A DNA stretch of 64,000 bases from an uncultured virus (IMG/VR IMGVR_UViG_3300020049_012467). Its lineage: Duplodnaviria > Heunggongvirae > Uroviricota > Caudoviricetes. A program made the translations under genes and the position numbers. Location of the stretch: the IMG/VR virus record IMGVR_UViG_3300020049_012467. One strand, 5' to 3'. The notes beneath the pieces were generated by a model that was given only the letters and a program-made list of their open reading frames with translations, was not told the origin of the DNA and did no database searches. This document shows positions 17,450 through 28,363 of this stretch, piece after piece (the stretch's first letter is position 1; each line of letters begins with the position of its first letter).

Positions 17450-20400
17450 TTATGCGGCGACGGCCGCGACTTTGTAAGCCACACCGGCTCCGTCGTAGAG
17501 TATGACTGTGTGCGTCGGCGTAATCGTTTCAGCCGTCGCGTTGGCGTGCGCTTGCAGCTTGCCTTGCACAAAGGTGAAGTCGCTGTCATCCGCTAGGCGA
17601 ACATGAAGTGCAGCGGCGCTACGCTTGATTGCCGGGAAGCTCGACGTCGTGCCGCCAAACTGTAGGCGGGTGAAGTCGTTTACAGCCGCGTTGCTGAGTG
17701 TAATTATGCCGTCTGCAGGCGACGCCATATAAGCGCGGCTATTCCACCGAACAAAACTGCTTGAGCCCGCCGTAAGGGCGCCAGAAGCAAGAACGCTCCC
17801 AACGTCGGCGACGCCAGCCGCGTAAATATTTCTCGGCCTCGTCGCGCCAGACGCACCGATATCGTAGGTGTTGTCGGCAGAGGTAATCAGGTGGCCGTTG
17901 CCATCCATCTGCCAACGATCAGAACCGCCTGTGCGAAATAATATGACCGCACCGGTGCCGTTGGGGCCGACCCTCATGTGACGCGCCGCGCCGGTGCCTG
18001 CGGCTTCCGCACCGATCCAGAAGACGTTGGAGGACCACTGCGCAAAGCCGCGCTCGTAGTTCGACGCATCCGTGTACGTGTTGTAGATGCGTAGCGCATT
18101 TGCGTTCGTTGAGCGGCGCATAGCAAAGACGTCCGCCGCATCTCGATAGAGCAGCGTGTCGCCTGCGATGTTGAACCCACCGTATGCAGTGACCGACCAT
18201 GCCGTGAAGTCGGCGTAGTTGCTGTCATCAGCGAGACGAGCTTGCAACGCCGCAGCACTGCGCTTCAGCGCTGGGAAGCTTGATGTCGTGCCCCCGAACT
18301 GAAGGCGGGCGAAATCAGCAACTCCGCTATCAAAGCTGAGCGTCAAGACGCCTTGCGAAGGGGCAACCAACCGCGTGCGCCCCTGCAGTTCCAGCTGCAG
18401 CGAGTTGCCCGACCGCAAGACGTTGTCGTGCGATATGCTGAAGATGCCGCCACCCTTACCTTGGATGCCGACAGACGGATACAGATACCCGGTCCCAGCG
18501 GACTGCGCGGTGATGTAAGTGTCGCCGTTAGTGTTAACCGTAATAGCGCCGCGTGTGTAGTTCGAAGCGTCTGTGTACGTTCCGTATATGCGGAAAGCCT
18601 GAGCGTTGGTGCCGTTGCGTTGAGCGAAAATATGGGCCGCGTCGCGCACTAGGCTGGTATCCCCTCCCGTAAGCGTTCCGAGGGTGATACCGCTGGTAAA
18701 CCAACCGACACTGCCAGCAATAGCGCTCTGCGCGGTGACGATGCCTGTTTTATCCACCTTGAATTTGCTCGATCCGCCGACCTGCAAGTCCATCAACAAC
18801 GACGCAGAGGAACTGGTCGTGTCTGTGATGTTGATCAGCAGCGCGTTGAAAGCCGCAGCAACGTTGTTCCACGTCTGCGTAATATTGAAAGCCGGAGTGC
18901 TTGTTGTCAGGACGCCAGACGCAATGGTGATCGGAGCACGGAAAGTTCCGCCGCCCACGCCGATGAACGGACCTTCATCGGCCTCCATGCGCGTGCCGTG
19001 GAACTCGATTTCCGCAATACGTACGTCGTTCGAGCCATTCGGCGTGATGGTGAACTCGACGTCAGTAAGATAATTTCCGCTGATGGGAACGCGCCAGCCG
19101 ATGGTGGCCCCGATATAATCCTGTTTCGCTTCCGGCGTTACCGCAGTCCACACTCCGTCTTTATTTTTCCAACGTGCTGTAATGCTGGCCGGATAATAAC
19201 CGGGATAGAAGTGCAGCCAGAATTCGCCGGATGCGTAGACGAAGCCGTTGGAGTTTGTCAGTCCGTTTGTGAGCGTGTTGACGTTGATGACGACTGCAGC
19301 AGCCCCCGCCACCGCGAGGGTGTAGGATGAGTCGTACCCACCATTAAATATTACATTTGAGAGTGACGTGTTAACCGCGCCGTCTGTGGTCGTGTAAAGC
19401 TGGCTAGCGCGGCCGTGGAAGCGGTTTGTAAGCGGCGCAAGCAAAATACTCTTGTTGGCGTGAATGGTCGTGTTGACCAGAAACGGGTTGAACAACTGAA
19501 TGAGATCGTCACCCACGATGATGGGTTTTGTCTCAATACCAGCGACGCCAGCGGCCAGTCTGCGTAGCGTCGTGTCGTTCGCGTGACCAATATTATATTC
19601 CAGCGCCGTCATAGAGGCATAGGCGCTATCATCAGCAAGGCGAATATCAAGACCGGTGCCGTTGCGTTTGATCGCCGGGAAGCTCGACGTCGTGCCGCCA
19701 AGTTGAAGACGCGAGAAATCGGTGGCTGCGTTGTTAGTGAACAAAACTTGTCCGTCCACCGGTGAAGTAATTTTTAGTCTACTGCTGAATTGTATTGTGC
19801 CAGCGCCTGCCGCACGAAAATCAATAGAGTCTACATAACCGGAAATAAATACGTTACGCGGTCTGTTCGCCCCACTCGCCCCAATGTCGTAGGTGTTGTC
19901 GGTGATAGCGAAGAAGTGGCCAACAGAGGTAAGTTTGTACCCGGCACCCGCGCTGTTTTGTAGGTAGATCGCGCTGTCACTCACGAGTGCAAGGGCGCGA
20001 GCGACGCCCGTGCCAAGCCGTTGTGTCGCTATGGTCAGGACGTTGGTCGTTGTAGACCAGTCGAAAACGCCCCGCTCATAGTTCGAAGCATCCGTATAGG
20101 TATTGTATAGGCGGAGAGCCTGAGCGTTGACGCCGTTGCGTTGAGCGAAAATATTCGCGGCCTCACGCAGAAAGACGGCGTCTGCATTCGTCCCGAAATA
20201 AATGGTGCCAGTTTCCGCCCAGAAGTCAGACCCTTTGATCTGGCCGTCTTTTCTGACACGGGCTTTGGAAACACCGCCGACCTGCAAGTCCATCAGCAAC
20301 GACGCGAACGCACTGTTCGTGTCGGTAATATTTACGAGGAGGCTGGCGTACGTCGTGCCCACGCTGTTCCAAGTGCGCTGTACGAGGACGTCGTTGACAC

Positions 20401-23235
20401 TTGCCGAAAGGCCGTAAATTGACAAAGCCCCTGCGTGCAGCGGGGCGTAGTTCGAATAATCAGCCAGAGCGACTTGCAGCGCAGTTCCAAGGCGTTTCAG
20501 GGCCGGGTAAGAATTTGTTGTACCGCCAAACTGGATGCGGTCGAAGCTTGTGCCCGCCCCGTCTGTTAGCCGCAGAATGCCGTCCGCTGAAGCCTGAACG
20601 CCAACGTACGAACCGGTGCTGCCGACGAGAAAAGCCGCCGCCAACATCTGAGCGCCGACGGTTGCGTTTCCTGCTACATAAATATTTCGCGGCCTTGTCG
20701 CGCCGCTCGCGCCGATATCGTGGGTATTGTCCGTCGTGAACAGGAGGTCATCACCGAGCCGGACGTCCGATGTGTTGAGCGTGAGTTTGGTTGCGCCGCC
20801 AACGCTGATGAGCATAGAGCGAGCGGTGCCTGTGCCTGCCGCCTCAGTGCCAATCTCGAACAGGTTCGACGTCCAGCGGACGATGGCGCGTTCGTAGTTA
20901 GATGCGTTGGTCCACGTGTTGTAGACACGAAGCGCCTGAGCAGTCGTTGCATTGCGGAGTGCGAGAATATTTGCTGCGTCGCGACGCAAGATCGCATCCC
21001 CGGAAACCCCGAGGAACAGCCCGCTAACGTCCGAGTTGGCGAACACGTGCTCTGCTGCCGTTACTCGAAGGGCGGCAAGGTTTGCGTACCCGCTGTCGTC
21101 CGCGAGCCGGATATCAAGACCTGCGCCGTTGCGTTTTATCGCCGGGAACGCTGACGTCGTGCCGCCGAGTTGAAGACGCGAGAAATCGGTGGCTGCGTTG
21201 TTAGTGAACAAAACTTGTCCGTCCACCGGTGAAGTAATTTTTAGTCTACTGCTGAATTGTATTGTGCCAGCGCCTGCCGCACGAAAATCAATAGAGTCTA
21301 CATAACCGGAAATAAATACGTTACGCGGTCTGTTCGCCCCACTCGCCCCAATGTCGTAGGTGTTGTCGGTGATAGCGAAGAAGTGNNNNNNNNNNNNNNN
21401 NNNNNNNNNNNNNNNNNNNNNNNNNNNNNNNNNNNNNNNNNNNNNNNNNNNNNNNNNNNNNNNNNNNNNNNNNNNNNNNNNNNNNTGCCAGCGCCTGCCG
21501 CACGAAAATCAATAGAGTCTACATAACCGGAAATAAATACGTTACGCGGTCTGTTCTCCCCGCTCGCGCCGATATCGTGGGCGTTGTCAGTGACCGCGAG
21601 GAAGTGCCCTGATGGGTTGAACCGCCACACGTACGTCCCGGCGATGCCGAAATCGATGTTCGAGCTTGCACCCGAATTTAATTGAAGAGTCGTGCCCGAC
21701 CTGATACGCATCGAGCGAAGCGTGCCAGTACCAGCAGCAGTATTTTCGATCAGGTACTCAGACACACTGCCGGAAATATTTAGTCGCTCATAATTTGAGG
21801 CGTCTGTGTATGTGCCATACAGACGGAATGCCTGAGCGTTTGTGCTGTTGCGTTGAGCCAGCGTTCCGTCTGCATCCCAGACCAGCTTAATGACGGGCGA
21901 CCCACCGCCGGGTGTGTTGGAGTTGGTGATCTGGAAGCCACTGTCCCGGCAGGCATAAAAAACGTCCCCGTAGACGGCTGCCGCCATGAAACCAGTGAAC
22001 GCGGAGTCGTCGGCCAGTCGAGCTTGTAGCGCCGCCGCGCTGCGCTTCAGCGCCGGGAAGCTCGACGTCGTGCCGCCTAACATCAGTCGTCCAAACGACG
22101 TGCCCGGATTATCGTAGAAAATAATCAGTCCGTCGCCAGACGTCTTGATCGACGTGCCGTTGGCCCACTGATAGTAACCTGTTGAGCCGACCTGAATCCC
22201 GCTTGCGACGTAGATCGCACTAGGACGGCTAGCTCCGGGCGATCCTATGCTGTAGGTGTTGTCGGTAGAGGCTAGGAAGTGGCCGTCGGTGTTAATCTGC
22301 CACCGCTCGGTAGAATTTTCATCAGCAAATCGTATTGTCTCTGCGGCTAGGCGTAGGTTGCGGTTAATGCCGGTGCCGCCTCCCACAACATTCAGTTCAA
22401 AGGTGTTGGTGTTCCAGCGTATCTGCGCTCGCTCATAATTTGAGGCGTCCGTGTAGGTGTTGTAAATTCGGAGAGCCTGAGCGTTGGTGCCGTTGCGTTG
22501 TGCAATTATGCCTGCAGCTTCGCGACGAAGATATACGTCGGCAGAAGGCGACGCAGTCGTGCTCGACCATGTGAGAACGCCCGCCGACCCCATCTGAAAA
22601 CCAACAGAGTTTATCGAGGCAATGTTGACGTTGGCATCAAAGAGATTGATCTGCCCGCCTGCTAGCATCGATGCGGTGCCAACGTTGGCACCGCTGCCAA
22701 CGTTGATCGCCTGCGTAGCGATTCCAACGAAATTGGTGAACGCCGTCGTGCTGCCTGTACGAAGGACACCAGCTTTATCGACGCTGAACACGCTCGCGCC
22801 ATTGCGCTGCAAATCCATCAGCAGCGAGCTAGACAACGAAGCCGTGTCAGTGACGTTGACCTTGACGCCAGTGAAGGCGACCGCGACGTTGTTCCACGTC
22901 GAAGAAATATCTAGCGCGGGAACGTCTGTTCCCATGGTGCCTTGAATAAGCGACAGGGACTTGGCTGAAACGTGGTTGCCGATAAGAGATTCCAGCGAAC
23001 CAGTTTCGCCGGTGTCGCCTTTAATCCCTTGGATGCCTTGAATCCCTTGGATACCCTGAATTCCCTGAATCCCTTGGATACCCTGAATTCCCTGAATGCC
23101 CTGCGGTCCACGCGGGCCTTGCTCGTTAAATTTTACTTCGACGGGTTGATCAGACGGGAGAACGACATCAACTGTCGTGACCGAATTGCCCTCGATAACG
23201 ACAGTCGTCGGCTGACGCCAAAGAATTACGTCCAT
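17450..23235 (-). CDS. Long repetitive tail fibre / receptor-binding protein (about 1,854 aa after closing the assembly gap)
   Basis: N-terminal collagen-like (GIQ)n and recurring modules: SLLMDLQVGG, QRNGTNAQA-YTDASNYERG, DNTYDIGASGATRPRN and FGGTTSSFPAxKR-RLADDS. 21486-21556 duplicates 21265-21335; removing the 221-nt offset gives 5565 nt, which is in frame. Confidence 0.8.
19701..19918. repeat. Exact direct repeat, copy 1 (identical to 21168-21385)
   Basis: Base-by-base identity at an offset of 1467 nt (489 codons). Confidence 0.9.
21168..21385. repeat. Exact direct repeat, copy 2 (21336-21385 probably mis-extended by the assembler)
   Basis: Identical to 19701-19918 and abuts the N gap. 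Confidence 0.85.
21386..21485. other. 100-N scaffold gap, probably spurious
   Basis: The flanking contigs overlap: 21265-21335 equals 21486-21556. Confidence 0.9.
23000..23118 (-). repeat. Collagen-like Gly-X-Y 9-bp tandem repeat
   Basis: Encodes GPRGPQ(GIQ)n GIKGDTGETG. Confidence 0.9.
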
Positions 23236-23582
23236 TGCGTGACGCCTTTCTCAACGCGGAAAAGCGACTTCCACAAAAGCTTTGGCTCTGCGCCGGGAAA
23301 ATCGATAATGACGTCGTAGTCGTAGACGCCAACGGGTATGGCGGCGACGTCTGCTTGTGTAAGGTTGAGGGTTATTTCCCCTGCGGCGGCATCTACGACC
23401 GTAACAACAATCGTCTCAATGAGCGCGTCGGTTGTCTGGTCGCGAATTTGCGACTGGAACGTCGCGCCAGTCAGGTCATACGGAATGACAGCGCCTAAAT
23501 TATTTTTTGTTTTCAGATTGATCCTGAAGGCCAGACCTTCATTGTTACAGACGCGCAAAGTCAACTGTCTGACGCTCGACAT
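23226..23582 (-). CDS. Tail-fibre/baseplate adaptor (BppU-like Ig domain)
   Basis: YDLTGATFQSQIR...DAAAGEITLNLT...GVYDYDV pattern, directly upstream of the fibre gene. Confidence 0.65.
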   Translation of the reverse strand: MSSVRQLTLRVCNNEGLAFRINLKTKNNLGAVIPYDLTGATFQSQIRDQTTDALIETIVVTVVDAAAGEITLNLTQADVAAIPVGVYDYDVIIDFPGAEPKLLWKSLFRVEKGVTQWT

Positions 23583-23652
23583 TAAAACCTCGTCGGTTGA
23601 TTCCGACGAGATTAGGGAACTATGCGCGGGAAATTTTTGAAATCAAAACACG

Positions 23653-23689
23653 AAAAACCCCGCCACAGGGTTCAATCCGTGGCGGGGTT
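23653..23689 (-). terminator. Rho-independent terminator closing the accessory gene block
   Basis: AACCCCGCCAC/GTGGCGGGGTT stem plus a T run on the minus strand. Confidence 0.75.
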
Positions 23690-23727
23690 ATCTATCCGAG
23701 AGCAGTGGGCTTGACCGTGGAGTTAGA

Positions 23728-24228
23728 TCAGCCGTCGGACATGATCGAATTTAGCCGGTCGACTTCGCGCTCCTCCTCCAGACGTGAAATTGCGTGTTGG
23801 AAAAAATTCGCGACTTCTGCAGGCACTTTGTCTGTGATGACTTGCTTCTGGCGAATCATCACAGGTGTAAGCAACATGACTTCGCCGTTGGACTTGAAGC
23901 CAATGTACCCCAACGTCTCGCCAGTGATTGCGTCCTGCGCCTGAAACGCATAGCAGTCCATGCCGCGACGCGGTTGACGGACGGATTTTTTCTTTTCATC
24001 CGTCGCCACGACTGCTTTCTCGTACTGTGTTTTCTTTTCAGGCGCTTTCCTCTTGGCGGCATCGACCGCTTCACGATTGATGCGAGTATTTTTTTCACTC
24101 CACTCGTATTTCTTGATATCCCAGCAGGTACTCTGCTTGAGACAGCATTCACACGGGCCGACAGAGCATGTGTTTGACCCGCTATTATGGGTCATCACGT
24201 CGATGCACGGTTGACAAAAGAAAGCCAT
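23728..24228 (-). CDS. Hypothetical protein with Cys-rich N-terminus
   Basis: 166-aa ORF with CxxC motifs and a GAGG RBS. Confidence 0.65.
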   Translation of the reverse strand: MAFFCQPCIDVMTHNSGSNTCSVGPCECCLKQSTCWDIKKYEWSEKNTRINREAVDAAKRKAPEKKTQYEKAVVATDEKKKSVRQPRRGMDCYAFQAQDAITGETLGYIGFKSNGEVMLLTPVMIRQKQVITDKVPAEVANFFQHAISRLEEEREVDRLNSIMSDG

Positions 24229-24230
24229 GA

Positions 24231-24653
24231 TTATTTCCTCACCTTCATCCAGCCATTGTCCATGAGTTGCGTTGCGATTTCCGTAGCCTTCTCCCGCCAG
24301 ATTGCGAGCATGTCGTCTCGCGCTTCCGGGGTGAAGTTTTCAATCATCGCTTTCATCTTCGGACTCGACAAGAGCGGGATGATGACTTCGATGAGTTCTG
24401 CACGGTCAGTAAAATATTCCCCCGGCTGAAAGTAGGCCGGGATCGACATGTTGGCGTCGTACTGCGGTGGCAACAAACGAGCCGTAGTTTGAGCCGTCTT
24501 CGTCTTCTTCGCGTTGGCGCGCCCTTCCGGGCTCCAACGTGCGGCAGCGCCTTTCTTTGCTACCGCTGAGCGTTCTTCCGGTGTCATTGCCGCTGCACGC
24601 GCTTTGCCTCCATTCACGCCAAGGCGACGGGCTTCTTCGTTTTTGGTCGACAT
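24231..24653 (-). CDS. Hypothetical protein with GGKARAAAMTPEERS...AAARW motif
   Basis: Start MSTKN at 24653 is coupled to the upstream stop; KGG-like basic motif. Confidence 0.65.
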   Translation of the reverse strand: MSTKNEEARRLGVNGGKARAAAMTPEERSAVAKKGAAARWSPEGRANAKKTKTAQTTARLLPPQYDANMSIPAYFQPGEYFTDRAELIEVIIPLLSSPKMKAMIENFTPEARDDMLAIWREKATEIATQLMDNGWMKVRK

Positions 24654-24928
24654 TATTTCGCCTTCCGTTCGAGGTTGCGGAGATTGTACGCCAGTTGCTT
24701 CTCCCAAAAGTCCTTCGTGACAGTCGGAGCCTCAGAGGCCGGAACGTTGGTCGTAGTGACAAAAAATTCCAAGCTGTAGTCATTGTCCTCGTTGCTGCGG
24801 CGTGTAGCACGAACGCCCCAAAACAGATTACCCACGCGCTGCCAGTCTTCGCCGGTAAGCGATGCCTTGGCGCGCATGATGAAGCTGCGAGGATCAAACC
24901 CTATCGGGTATTTTTTCTTGGTAGGCAT
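24653..24928 (-). CDS. Hypothetical protein
   Basis: 91 aa with a GAAGGAACCACA leader. Confidence 0.65.
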   Translation of the reverse strand: MPTKKKYPIGFDPRSFIMRAKASLTGEDWQRVGNLFWGVRATRRSNEDNDYSLEFFVTTTNVPASEAPTVTKDFWEKQLAYNLRNLERKAK

Positions 24929-24952
24929 TGTGTGGTTCCTTCTTGTTCATGG

Positions 24953-24982
24953 AAAACCCGGCGGGAAATAAATCCCGCCGGG
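24953..24982 (-). terminator. Rho-independent terminator
   Basis: CCCGGCGGGA/TCCCGCCGGG stem plus TTTT on the minus strand. Confidence 0.7.
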
Positions 24983-24993
24983 CTCCAGCCGTT

Positions 24994-25278
24994 CTAGATG
25001 ATCTGCTTGGTTTCCTGCGTGCGCAGGTTGATCAGAACACGCGAGTAGTTGGCGAGGCCGCAGTCGATCATGAAGCTCGCCCGCTTGAAAAACGGATCAC
25101 GCTTCGCAATCTCGTCCGCGAATGCGGCGGCGACTGACGCCATGGTGTCCATGTAGTCGTCCATCTGCGCATCGGTCATCACCGGCTCGCCTTCCATGGG
25201 CGCTGCCATGTGAGGTTCGCGGATCAGAGCGGAAATAATTTCCGCGATGTGGTCTTTGTGCAGGGTGGCTTTCGTCAT
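24994..25278 (-). CDS. Hypothetical early protein
   Basis: 94 aa with a GAAGGAACCACA leader; first gene after a sigma70 promoter. Confidence 0.7.
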   Translation of the reverse strand: MTKATLHKDHIAEIISALIREPHMAAPMEGEPVMTDAQMDDYMDTMASVAAAFADEIAKRDPFFKRASFMIDCGLANYSRVLINLRTQETKQII

Positions 25279-25321
25279 GGTGTGGTTCCTTCATCCTGCG
25301 GGCCGCTTTGCCCGCACGAGC

Positions 25322-25350
25322 ATTATACCACACGGAATAGCGGACGGCAA
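25322..25350 (-). promoter_or_regulatory. Sigma70-type early promoter
   Basis: TTGCCG-17 nt-TATAAT with a TGTG extended -10 on the minus strand. Confidence 0.75.
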
Positions 25351-25368
25351 AGCGCCGTGTTTCTAGTC

Positions 25369-25698
25369 TTACCAGAACGGACGCAAATGCGCTTGGTGCG
25401 CCGGTGTAAACACGCCAAGCGACTGCACAAGAACATCGCCAAGGTCTTCGAACCGCGTGACCAGCGACATTGAAATCGAATTGGTCGAGTAATCGCCGGG
25501 CTCACGCTGCAACGACGAGCGAATGTGTTCAGCCAACTCGGAGCGCTGATCTTCCTGCGCAATGTCCCAATTTTTATTTGTGGTGTGGGTTGCACCAGAA
25601 CCGTGCGTCTGCACAGTCGTAACCCGCAACAGGACTTGCTGCCCGCCAAAGCGTTTCTGGTGATGCACCAGCTTTTCAAGATAGGAAATAATTTTCAT
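25369..25698 (-). CDS. Hypothetical protein
   Basis: 109-aa ORF in a tightly packed run. Confidence 0.6.
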   Translation of the reverse strand: MKIISYLEKLVHHQKRFGGQQVLLRVTTVQTHGSGATHTTNKNWDIAQEDQRSELAEHIRSSLQREPGDYSTNSISMSLVTRFEDLGDVLVQSLGVFTPAHQAHLRPFW

Positions 25699-25704
25699 GG
25701 TTCT

Positions 25705-26121
25705 CTACAGTGCAGCTATGAAGACTTGTTGATCGTACGACGGCAAGCGTATGCCGGGGAACGCTGTGCTGAATTCTCGTGAGGTTGCAGCAAACTCCAT
25801 TATTTCCTTCGCTGACACGACCGCCACCTTTAACTGACCCCTTCCCCAACTCCAATCGCTATGATGCGGATCACTGTAGGGGCTGTTATGCTCTTTCGCA
25901 TAATCGGAAGACTCCGAGACAAGTAGCGCGCCGACCAGCATCGCCTTCAGAGTTTCCATTATTTCATTTTGATCCGCTTCCGTCACCTTGTCCTGTTGGA
26001 GTGTAGGTAACAGGACGTGGCCGACCAGCGTGGGAGCGGTCATCAGCCGTTTGACGCAGAAAGTAGCCAGCCACTCAGGCGTTTTGTCTCCGCGCCTGAT
26101 GTAGAAAATATTCTCTTGCAT
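25705..26121 (-). CDS. Hypothetical protein
   Basis: Start reassigned to MQENIF at 26121, coupled to the upstream stop. Confidence 0.6.
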   Translation of the reverse strand: MQENIFYIRRGDKTPEWLATFCVKRLMTAPTLVGHVLLPTLQQDKVTEADQNEIMETLKAMLVGALLVSESSDYAKEHNSPYSDPHHSDWSWGRGQLKVAVVSAKEIMEFAATSREFSTAFPGIRLPSYDQQVFIAAL

Positions 26122-26468
26122 CACGTCGTCCTTTGCAGCGTGCAGAGTTGATGCGTAGCAATTGCGCGCCAGTGACCGCCAGTGTTGCTGAACAGCGAAG
26201 TAGTCATTGTCAGCGTGATGGGGCTGGCCTTGTCGTCTTCCAGCGCTGTGGAAATAAATTCCCCTGCGTTGATGCAACTCTCGTCGTCAGCGAGCGAGAA
26301 TTCCTCGCTGTAAGTCCATGATCCGGGCGCTCGTTGATACGTGCAGACGAGACGCGGGTGCGAATTTGGATATTTTACAAACTCTGTTCGCTTGATTGTC
26401 TCAATGAGCGCTGCGACGTCCTTGTTGACGCCCATGTCGGCTTCGCTTTGGTGAATGCATCCAGTCAT
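26121..26468 (-). CDS. Hypothetical protein
   Basis: ATG at 26468 with an AGGAG RBS. Confidence 0.6.
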   Translation of the reverse strand: MTGCIHQSEADMGVNKDVAALIETIKRTEFVKYPNSHPRLVCTYQRAPGSWTYSEEFSLADDESCINAGEFISTALEDDKASPITLTMTTSLFSNTGGHWRAIATHQLCTLQRTT

Positions 26469-26469
26469 G

Positions 26470-26877
26470 TCACTCTCCTGAAAACCAGCCAATGTCGTCA
26501 ATGACGGCGGAATGCTTCGGTCGTCCGCGCAACACTTGAGAAATATGACTTGCTACCTGCGCTGCTGTAGTGTCGCTCTTGCTGCCGCGAGCGCCGTCGA
26601 AAATATTCTGCAACGACATGTTGGTCAAACCAAACGCGTCGCCCGGCCACATTGTATCGTAGTATTGATCCACAAACCGATCGATTTTTTCTTCGAACGT
26701 CTCTTGCTTGAACTTCCAGCCCATTGCGCGTGCTGCTTCAATGTACTCGCGCGTTTCCGGCGGATAGATTTCCGCTTTGACTTCTTCGACGGGCAGGAAG
26801 GGGTTTTGTACGCCGTGCATCATTGGCACGTAAGCAACACACGCCAGCAGGCCAAGCTTCCACGACGAGACTTGCAT
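26470..26877 (-). CDS. Hypothetical protein with hydrophobic N-terminus
   Basis: 135-aa ORF abutting its neighbours. Confidence 0.6.
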   Translation of the reverse strand: MQVSSWKLGLLACVAYVPMMHGVQNPFLPVEEVKAEIYPPETREYIEAARAMGWKFKQETFEEKIDRFVDQYYDTMWPGDAFGLTNMSLQNIFDGARGSKSDTTAAQVASHISQVLRGRPKHSAVIDDIGWFSGE

Positions 26878-27186
26878 TTATTTCACCACTTTCAGGTGCG
26901 ATCCCTCTGGCCGCATCCACACGAGTTCTTCTGGCGCAAAGCCAAACATGTCGCAGTTGATCGTCCAGTCGTGGTAATTCTCGGCGCGATTTTTTTCAGC
27001 ATAGTAGTCAAGGTCGGGCTCGGTGGCCTTTGCGCAGTAAGACCATCTGTCCCGGCTAGAGTCGGAAAGGCACGGACGCCAGCGTATCGCAAACTGGATA
27101 GATTTTTCCTTGTTGGTGCGCGTGGCGTAGTTGCGCTCAAGAAACCTGTCCAGCGCTTCGCGCGATTTGAAGAGTTGCAGGTTCAT
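26878..27186 (-). CDS. Hypothetical protein
   Basis: 102-aa ORF with an ATGA overlap. Confidence 0.6.
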   Translation of the reverse strand: MNLQLFKSREALDRFLERNYATRTNKEKSIQFAIRWRPCLSDSSRDRWSYCAKATEPDLDYYAEKNRAENYHDWTINCDMFGFAPEELVWMRPEGSHLKVVK

Positions 27187-27497
27187 AGCTGACTCGTCCC
27201 ATTCAGCGCGCCAGATATTTCACGACGCTGCATATCCTTTCCGGCGGCAAACGCCCGCAGGATGAAGCGCTGCATTTCTTCCCATCCGTACGCAATGTTC
27301 TTCTTCGTCTCGTCGTCGGCTTCCTTGTAATAGACGGAATTCACATCGAGGTAGAACGGCAGCGAGCCAATCTCGTAATACTTGTCGTTGTCGTCCCGCA
27401 GCAGGTTGGGCACAACGATGAAAATTTTCCCGTTGCTGACTCGGACTTCCGGCTGCATCAGGAGCCGCAACGCGCTGGGGAGGGGACGTTCAGCCAT
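27183..27497 (-). CDS. Hypothetical protein
   Basis: 104-aa ORF in a coupled run. Confidence 0.6.
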   Translation of the reverse strand: MAERPLPSALRLLMQPEVRVSNGKIFIVVPNLLRDDNDKYYEIGSLPFYLDVNSVYYKEADDETKKNIAYGWEEMQRFILRAFAAGKDMQRREISGALNGTSQL

Positions 27498-27753
27498 TGG
27501 CGGCGCCTTTCGTGTGAGTTATTTCCCAATTACGCATGGTCAGGAACTCAGTCATTTCATCGACGCTGGAAAACCGGTATCCCTGCACAAGCGCCCAATC
27601 AACCGGACGGGCCGGGCCGTCAGCGTCTTGGTTGGTGTCCAGATAGATGCGCCACGTCGAACCGTGCGTTGGAAAAAATACAACGTGTTCGGTTCGACCT
27701 GAATGCTCGTGCTGAACTGTGAGACGGACTTCCTGTTGCATGACGTTCCTCAA
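27490..27753 (-). CDS. Hypothetical protein
   Basis: 87-aa ORF in a coupled run. Confidence 0.55.
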   Translation of the reverse strand: MRNVMQQEVRLTVQHEHSGRTEHVVFFPTHGSTWRIYLDTNQDADGPARPVDWALVQGYRFSSVDEMTEFLTMRNWEITHTKGAANG

Positions 27754-27956
27754 GCTGTTTTACGACGCATGTCGTAGCCAATCTCGTTGCCGCAGCCGGG
27801 TCGCCCGAAATGGTCGCCTTCGCCGTTGCACTTGAAGCCGCCTTCAATGGGGGTCATGCGGCCCATGGTGTTGCACTTCAGGCAATACGGACGCCAGCCC
27901 GGTTCTTCCTTCAGCTTGCGCGCAATCCACTCGTCAATTTTTTCTTCGCTCATCAC
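27750..27956 (-). CDS. Small Zn-ribbon-like protein
   Basis: CLKC...C...GCG in 68 aa. Confidence 0.55.
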   Translation of the reverse strand: MMSEEKIDEWIARKLKEEPGWRPYCLKCNTMGRMTPIEGGFKCNGEGDHFGRPGCGNEIGYDMRRKTA

Positions 27957-28363
27957 GCTTTCCCCTTGCGCGGCAGTTTCGTCGTGCTGATGGCGTCCAG
28001 CACATCCTCGATAATCCCAAAGTGCTTGCAGACTCTGTCCAGCACGGCAATCTGCACCGCCATTTTTTCCTTGTCGTCTTTCGACAACCCGGCGTCCGTC
28101 ATGACACCTTCGTTCAGCGACTCGATCAATTCGAGCAGGACTGTGACAGGATTCTCGCCGTCGTAGTTCTTCAAGTCGTTCTGCGCCACGCGCAGCGCTT
28201 CGAGTTCGGTTTTGGATTTCGCGAGAAACCCGTTGTACTTTGGCTGATCGAACAGGAAGGAAGCCGTACCCTCCCGCGACTTGATGAATTTCTCCAGAAT
28301 ATTTTCCAGACTGAACTTGGCTGCCAGTTCGGCGCGAAGCAGGATGCGTTGATCGGCGTTCAT
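27953..28363 (-). CDS. Hypothetical protein
   Basis: 136-aa helical ORF. Confidence 0.6.
   Translation of the reverse strand: MNADQRILLRAELAAKFSLENILEKFIKSREGTASFLFDQPKYNGFLAKSKTELEALRVAQNDLKNYDGENPVTVLLELIESLNEGVMTDAGLSKDDKEKMAVQIAVLDRVCKHFGIIEDVLDAISTTKLPRKGKA

Noticed and set aside
19701..21385. Repeat pair in a tail fibre as a diversity-generating retroelement TR/VR
   Set aside because: The copies are identical rather than differing at adenines, both are in-frame coding, and there is no reverse transcriptase in the window.
21226..21486. Apparent frameshift or split of the tail-fibre gene
   Set aside because: Explained by overlapping contig ends around the N gap.
23000..23118. Short tandem repeats as a CRISPR array
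   Set aside because: These are 9-bp collagen codon repeats without spacers, and no cas genes are present.
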